Below, piece by piece: positions 59,965-64,000 of a DNA stretch of 64,000 nt; the first letter of the stretch is position 1; the number at the start of each line of letters is the position of its first letter. The notes beneath the pieces are model-generated. The model saw only the letters and a program-made list of their open reading frames with translations. It was not told where the DNA came from and ran no database searches. Location: the NCBI GenBank assembly GCA_963766305.1, contig CAVYAE010000071.1, positions 19,054 to 83,053 of the forward strand, read 5' to 3'. Source of the stretch: an uncultured Bacteroidota bacterium (GTDB taxonomy: Bacteria; Bacteroidota; Bacteroidia; Bacteroidales; JAAUTT01). The translations under genes and the position numbers were made by a program.

Positions 59965-62040
59965 ATGCATAAGATTCATCTGTTATTATATCTAATAATT
60001 TTCACCAATTTAAATGCCCAGGTCGACAGGACTAAAATGCCACAGGCTGACCAGGCTCCCGTTGTCAACCTTGCTACTCCCGTTAAATTTATGCTGGACA
60101 ACGGATTAAGGGTTTTAGTGGTTGAAAATCACAATATACCAAAAATATCCTTTACTGTCTCCCTGATTATGGATCCCCGGCAGGAAGGAAGTTATGCCGG
60201 AGTGGCAGATATAACCTGTTCAATGTTGGGCACAGGCACCACTTCACATACAAAGGAAGAAATATCTGGGGATATCGATTTTATTGGAGCGGAGCTCTCC
60301 GCCGGCACAAACGAAATATATGCATCATCATTAATAAAACATACTGATAAACTTCTTGAAATATTGTCAGATATTACAATAAACTCTGTATTTACCCGGG
60401 AAGAATTCGGGAAAAAAAGTGAACAAATACTTTCTGATGTGGCAGGAGAGGCGGCCAATCAGTCCACAATTGCTTCAAATGTTTTCAATGCCATGGTATT
60501 TGGTAGGAATAACCCTTACGGAGAATTCAAAACTGAAAAATCTGTTAGAAGAGTTACCCTTCAAATGTGCACAGATTATTACAACAAGTACTTTAACCCC
60601 GGCATTGCATGCCTGACAATAACCGGAGATATAACACCTTCAGAAGCACGTACCCTGGCCGAAAAGTACTTTGGCAGGTGGCAGAAAAAAGAAGTTGAGT
60701 TAAGTAAATATGAAACTCCAAAGGAACCTGAATCAGGCAGGATATATTTTGTTGACAGGCCGCAGGCCGTCAGGTCGGTTGTTCAGATTGGTTATCCGGT
60801 TTCCCTAAATTTATCGGACACAGATTATATTAAAGCCCGTGTCACCAATACCATCCTGAGCGGCGGTGAATCGAGGTTATTTGATAATCTGTGCGAAAAA
60901 CATGCCTGGGCAGGCAGTGTATACTCAAGTTTTATAATACATCCTTTGGTAAGTTGCTTTAAAATAAGCACTACAGTAAAAACTGAAGTAACTGACAGTT
61001 CTGTTCATGAAATTTTAAATGAAATGAACAGGATAAGAAATGATAAGGTTTCATTGTCCGAATTGAGGGGATCTAAAAACTTCCTTGAGGGCAGCTTTGC
61101 ATTAACGCTTGAAAACCCAAGGACTATAGCTAACATGGCAGTTAATACGGAAAGATACAATCTTAATAACGACTTTTATCACAACTACTTAAAAAATATA
61201 GATGCTGTTACACCTGAAGATGTAAGAAATACAGCTCTTAAATATATTAAACCGGATAATACAATAATTGTAATAGTAGGTAAATATTCATCTTTATCGG
61301 ATAAAATAGCCAAATTAAATACTACCGCCAATATCCAGTTATTGGATGTAAATGCAGATCCATGCGATTCATTGCATTCAGCATATAAAATACCTGAGGG
61401 AATTAGTGCTCAGGAAATACTTGATAATTATATAAAAGCCATTGGCGGGGACCGGAATATTAATAAAATAAAAGACCTGACTCTGAAAGCCACGATAAAC
61501 ATACAGGGCAACCTGCTAAATTTTAATCTGTTTTATAAGCTCCCTGATAAGTACAAATCAGAAGTTCTAATGAACGGACAAACATTTCAGAAAGAAATAT
61601 TCAATGCAGGAAATGTTAAAGTATGGGACATACAGGGTAGCCATGAATTAAATGATAATGAAAAGGAAAAATTAACTGTTGACGCCGATCCTTTTCCTGA
61701 ATTGCATTACAGGAAAATGGGATATAACATAAAACTACTGGATATTACTTCTGTTGACACCACCCGGGCGTATCGGGTTGAAATTACTTCCCCAGGAGGA
61801 AACTCCGTCATAGATTATTTTTCAGTAAACAACGGGCTTAAAATACGATCCGAAAGTGTTTTGAACTCTCCTGAGGGGCCTGTTACGCAAATAACTGATT
61901 ATGTAAATTATATTGAGGCGGGAGGAATAAAATTTCCTAAAAAACTAATTCAACGAACAGCTTCTCAGGTTATAGATATTGAAAATGAGTCAATTAAAGT
62001 TAACGAAGGAATTGAGGATTCAATATTTAAACCTGATTAA
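59965..62040 (+). CDS. M16-family peptidase-like protein without HxxEH, with C-terminal extension
   Basis: M16 fold-like N-terminal 430 aa lacking the zinc motif, plus an additional ~250-aa domain. Confidence 0.7.
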   Translation: MHKIHLLLYLIIFTNLNAQVDRTKMPQADQAPVVNLATPVKFMLDNGLRVLVVENHNIPKISFTVSLIMDPRQEGSYAGVADITCSMLGTGTTSHTKEEISGDIDFIGAELSAGTNEIYASSLIKHTDKLLEILSDITINSVFTREEFGKKSEQILSDVAGEAANQSTIASNVFNAMVFGRNNPYGEFKTEKSVRRVTLQMCTDYYNKYFNPGIACLTITGDITPSEARTLAEKYFGRWQKKEVELSKYETPKEPESGRIYFVDRPQAVRSVVQIGYPVSLNLSDTDYIKARVTNTILSGGESRLFDNLCEKHAWAGSVYSSFIIHPLVSCFKISTTVKTEVTDSSVHEILNEMNRIRNDKVSLSELRGSKNFLEGSFALTLENPRTIANMAVNTERYNLNNDFYHNYLKNIDAVTPEDVRNTALKYIKPDNTIIVIVGKYSSLSDKIAKLNTTANIQLLDVNADPCDSLHSAYKIPEGISAQEILDNYIKAIGGDRNINKIKDLTLKATINIQGNLLNFNLFYKLPDKYKSEVLMNGQTFQKEIFNAGNVKVWDIQGSHELNDNEKEKLTVDADPFPELHYRKMGYNIKLLDITSVDTTRAYRVEITSPGGNSVIDYFSVNNGLKIRSESVLNSPEGPVTQITDYVNYIEAGGIKFPKKLIQRTASQVIDIENESIKVNEGIEDSIFKPD

Positions 62041-62051
62041 CCAGGAAAAAA

Positions 62052-62080
62052 AATGAGCAGGTTTTAGTTACCTGCTCATT
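62052..62080. terminator. bidirectional rho-independent terminator
   Basis: aatgagcagg / cctgctcatt 10-bp stem, A-run upstream and T-rich downstream, between convergent genes. Confidence 0.6.
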
Positions 62081-62083
62081 TGT

Positions 62084-62341
62084 TTAGTTCACCTGATGAA
62101 CCTCTGTCTGGATTATCGATTTTGCCATTTCAAGAATTGTTGTGTCATCCAATGATACAATGCCTCCGTCAGGCCCTTGTTCCAGATGAATACCAACACA
62201 ATCACCACTTTTATAATTAGTGGCTCCAAAATAATTTCTAACAGTATCTTCTGTAACATTTAATTTTTCAGCAATTGATTTCATGCTGCCTGCAGGCAGG
62301 TGATCCTTAATTTTCCTGAGCTCATTGAATGTAATATTCAT
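62084..62341 (-). CDS. small hypothetical protein, possible HTH
   Basis: MKSIAEKLNVTEDTVRNYF resembles an HTH; otherwise unassigned. Confidence 0.4.
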   Translation of the reverse strand: MNITFNELRKIKDHLPAGSMKSIAEKLNVTEDTVRNYFGATNYKSGDCVGIHLEQGPDGGIVSLDDTTILEMAKSIIQTEVHQVN

Positions 62342-62722
62342 ATCAAAAAACATTTAAGTTAGTAATCAAATCAGCCACCTAATTTAATAATAATTTATAA
62401 TAAAGTATAAATAATATTAACAATTATTTAATAAAACTGTAATGTAATGTAGTATATATAATTGTTCTAAATATTTAATTTATTAGTAGAATTGATTATT
62501 GTATTATATTATAATACATGATTATATGCTTTTTAGTAATTTTTACTTTCATCAATGTTTATTTAACATTAAGCCAATTGCATTTTAACTTAAATTAATA
62601 TACTTTATATAATTTTATATTTAATAAAACAATACATAAACAAACATTAATGATATTGTCAATTAATTATTATAATTTTATAATATTTATCAATATATTT
62701 TGATGCACTAGGTTAAAAAATA

Positions 62723-64000
62723 ATGAAACGGTATTTTTTCTTTTTTTTAGTAATAATACAAAATTTTACTTACCAGCCGGGCTTCTCCTCAGTAAAAAAT
62801 AATGCAGCAGCCGACAGCACAAACCAGGCTTATAAAATCAACAATATAGACATACTGCTTGGCCTTGCTACCAAGGTATATTATAAAACTCCCGAACGAA
62901 GTTTAAAATACGCTGAAGCGGCACTAGATTTGTCGCGACGCAACCATGATCTCTTATCCGAAGCTAAATCCCTTAAAATAATTGGTGATATTTATTGTAA
63001 ACTCAATTATCAGGATCTTGCTTTGCCTTTTTATCATACCTCGGTGGAAATCTATACCAGGCAAAATAAAGAATCCGATATTGCCGATATCGATCTTTTA
63101 ATAGGTGATGTTTTTTACGTTTTAAACAAAAATGATACTGCCAGAGTATATTATAACAGCTCAAATAAACTTTATAAAGAACTGCACAACGATAATGGAT
63201 TTGCCCTGTCCTCATTAAAAATTGGTAATACCTATTGGTATACCACCGATTATGACAAAGCATTGCAATATTTTCAAACTGCTCTTTATACCTTTGAATT
63301 TACCGGAAATAAAAAGGGTATTGCAAGAGTATACAATAACATTGGTGCTTTATATTCTGTTATGGGCGATAATTTCAGGGCACTGTCATATTTGAAGAAG
63401 TCGCTGACCTATTTTTCTTCTATTAATGATCCGGAAATATTATCCGACCTTTATTTTCGCCTGGGGGAAGTATACCGGCTCCTGAAAAAGAATACTGATG
63501 CAATTTATTATTTAGATTCTGCTAAAGTACTATTTGATTCATTGCATGTTATAAGAAAATCAGCTTATGTGGAGCTTATAAAAGGAGAAATTTATCATAA
63601 TACAGGCAATTTAAATAAAGCTATAAATTTGGCTGATAAAGCTTTAACCACATTTGAACATTACAATTACACCTGGGGCGTGGTTGAATGCTGCAACTAT
63701 CTGGGGAAATATGAAATTGAAAGCAAGATTATTCAAAATCATATTCTTATCTGCAGCGATCTGTTAAACTTTCTAAGGAAATAAAATCATGGATACTCCT
63801 GAAAGATTCATATTTAAACCTATCGGAATTGTATAGTCAGGAGAATGATTATAAAACTGCATTAAATTATTACAGGTTATTTCAAACAGTAAATGACTCG
63901 GTGTTAAACAAAGAAAAAACTCCAGAATTGCCGAACTGCAGGCTAAGTACGAATCAAATAAAAACAAACAGGAGTTAAAGGAAATTACGGAATTACTAAA
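62723..64000 (+). CDS. TPR-repeat protein, probably N-terminal part of a TPR sensor/regulator; apparent -1 frameshift at 63720-63722; continues past window end
   Basis: Repeated A..Y......Y...G....A..Y...A TPR pattern; after the 63784 stop the -1 frame is open from 63721 to 64000 (KQDYSKSYSYLQRSVKLSKE...NSRIAELQAKYESNKNKQELKEITELL). Confidence 0.6.

Noticed and set aside
62354-62722. ~370-bp extremely AT-rich intergenic region
   Set aside because: Consistent with a divergent promoter region in an AT-rich genome; no repeats or structure beyond base composition.

Overview
AT-rich, Bacteroidota-like chromosomal segment. All functional calls come from reading motifs in the supplied ORF translations and the DNA by eye; no database search was run. 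Housekeeping blocks: ispD, a TetR/TolC/MFP/RND efflux operon, lysA, cysK, efp, tyrS, xth, rsgA, O-antigen/LPS genes, several two-component sensors and a pair of M16 peptidases. Two accessory stretches each end at the 3' side of a minus-strand tRNA. (i) About 2.3-11.9 kb, next to tRNA(CAU): orphan secreted/membrane proteins and small toxin-antitoxin-like modules (PIN plus micro-ORF, a decayed ParE-like pair, and a DUF4160/DUF2442 cassette bracketed by a ~117-bp direct repeat). (ii) About 26.8-39.5 kb, next to tRNA-Arg(CCU): internally deleted pseudogenes, an ECF sigma module, an IS21 istB remnant, and a tripartite HipB-HipS-HipT module with three phased palindromic operators. It also holds a NERD-nuclease/SF1-helicase (Nhi-like) gene broken by two -1 frameshifts, followed by a tightly coupled ABC-type ATPase plus an uncharacterised 287-aa partner. 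That ATPase/partner pair is my best candidate for an undescribed defence module. This island ends in about 1 kb of non-coding DNA with G-tracts, A7TTCNGGGAAAAT repeats and helically phased TTGGTGGT repeats on a strongly C-depleted strand. On the other side of the tRNA lie 24 in-phase copies of an 8-bp pyrimidine repeat. Three apparent frameshifts sit in short homopolymers, so assembly error versus real decay or phase variation must be resolved from reads.
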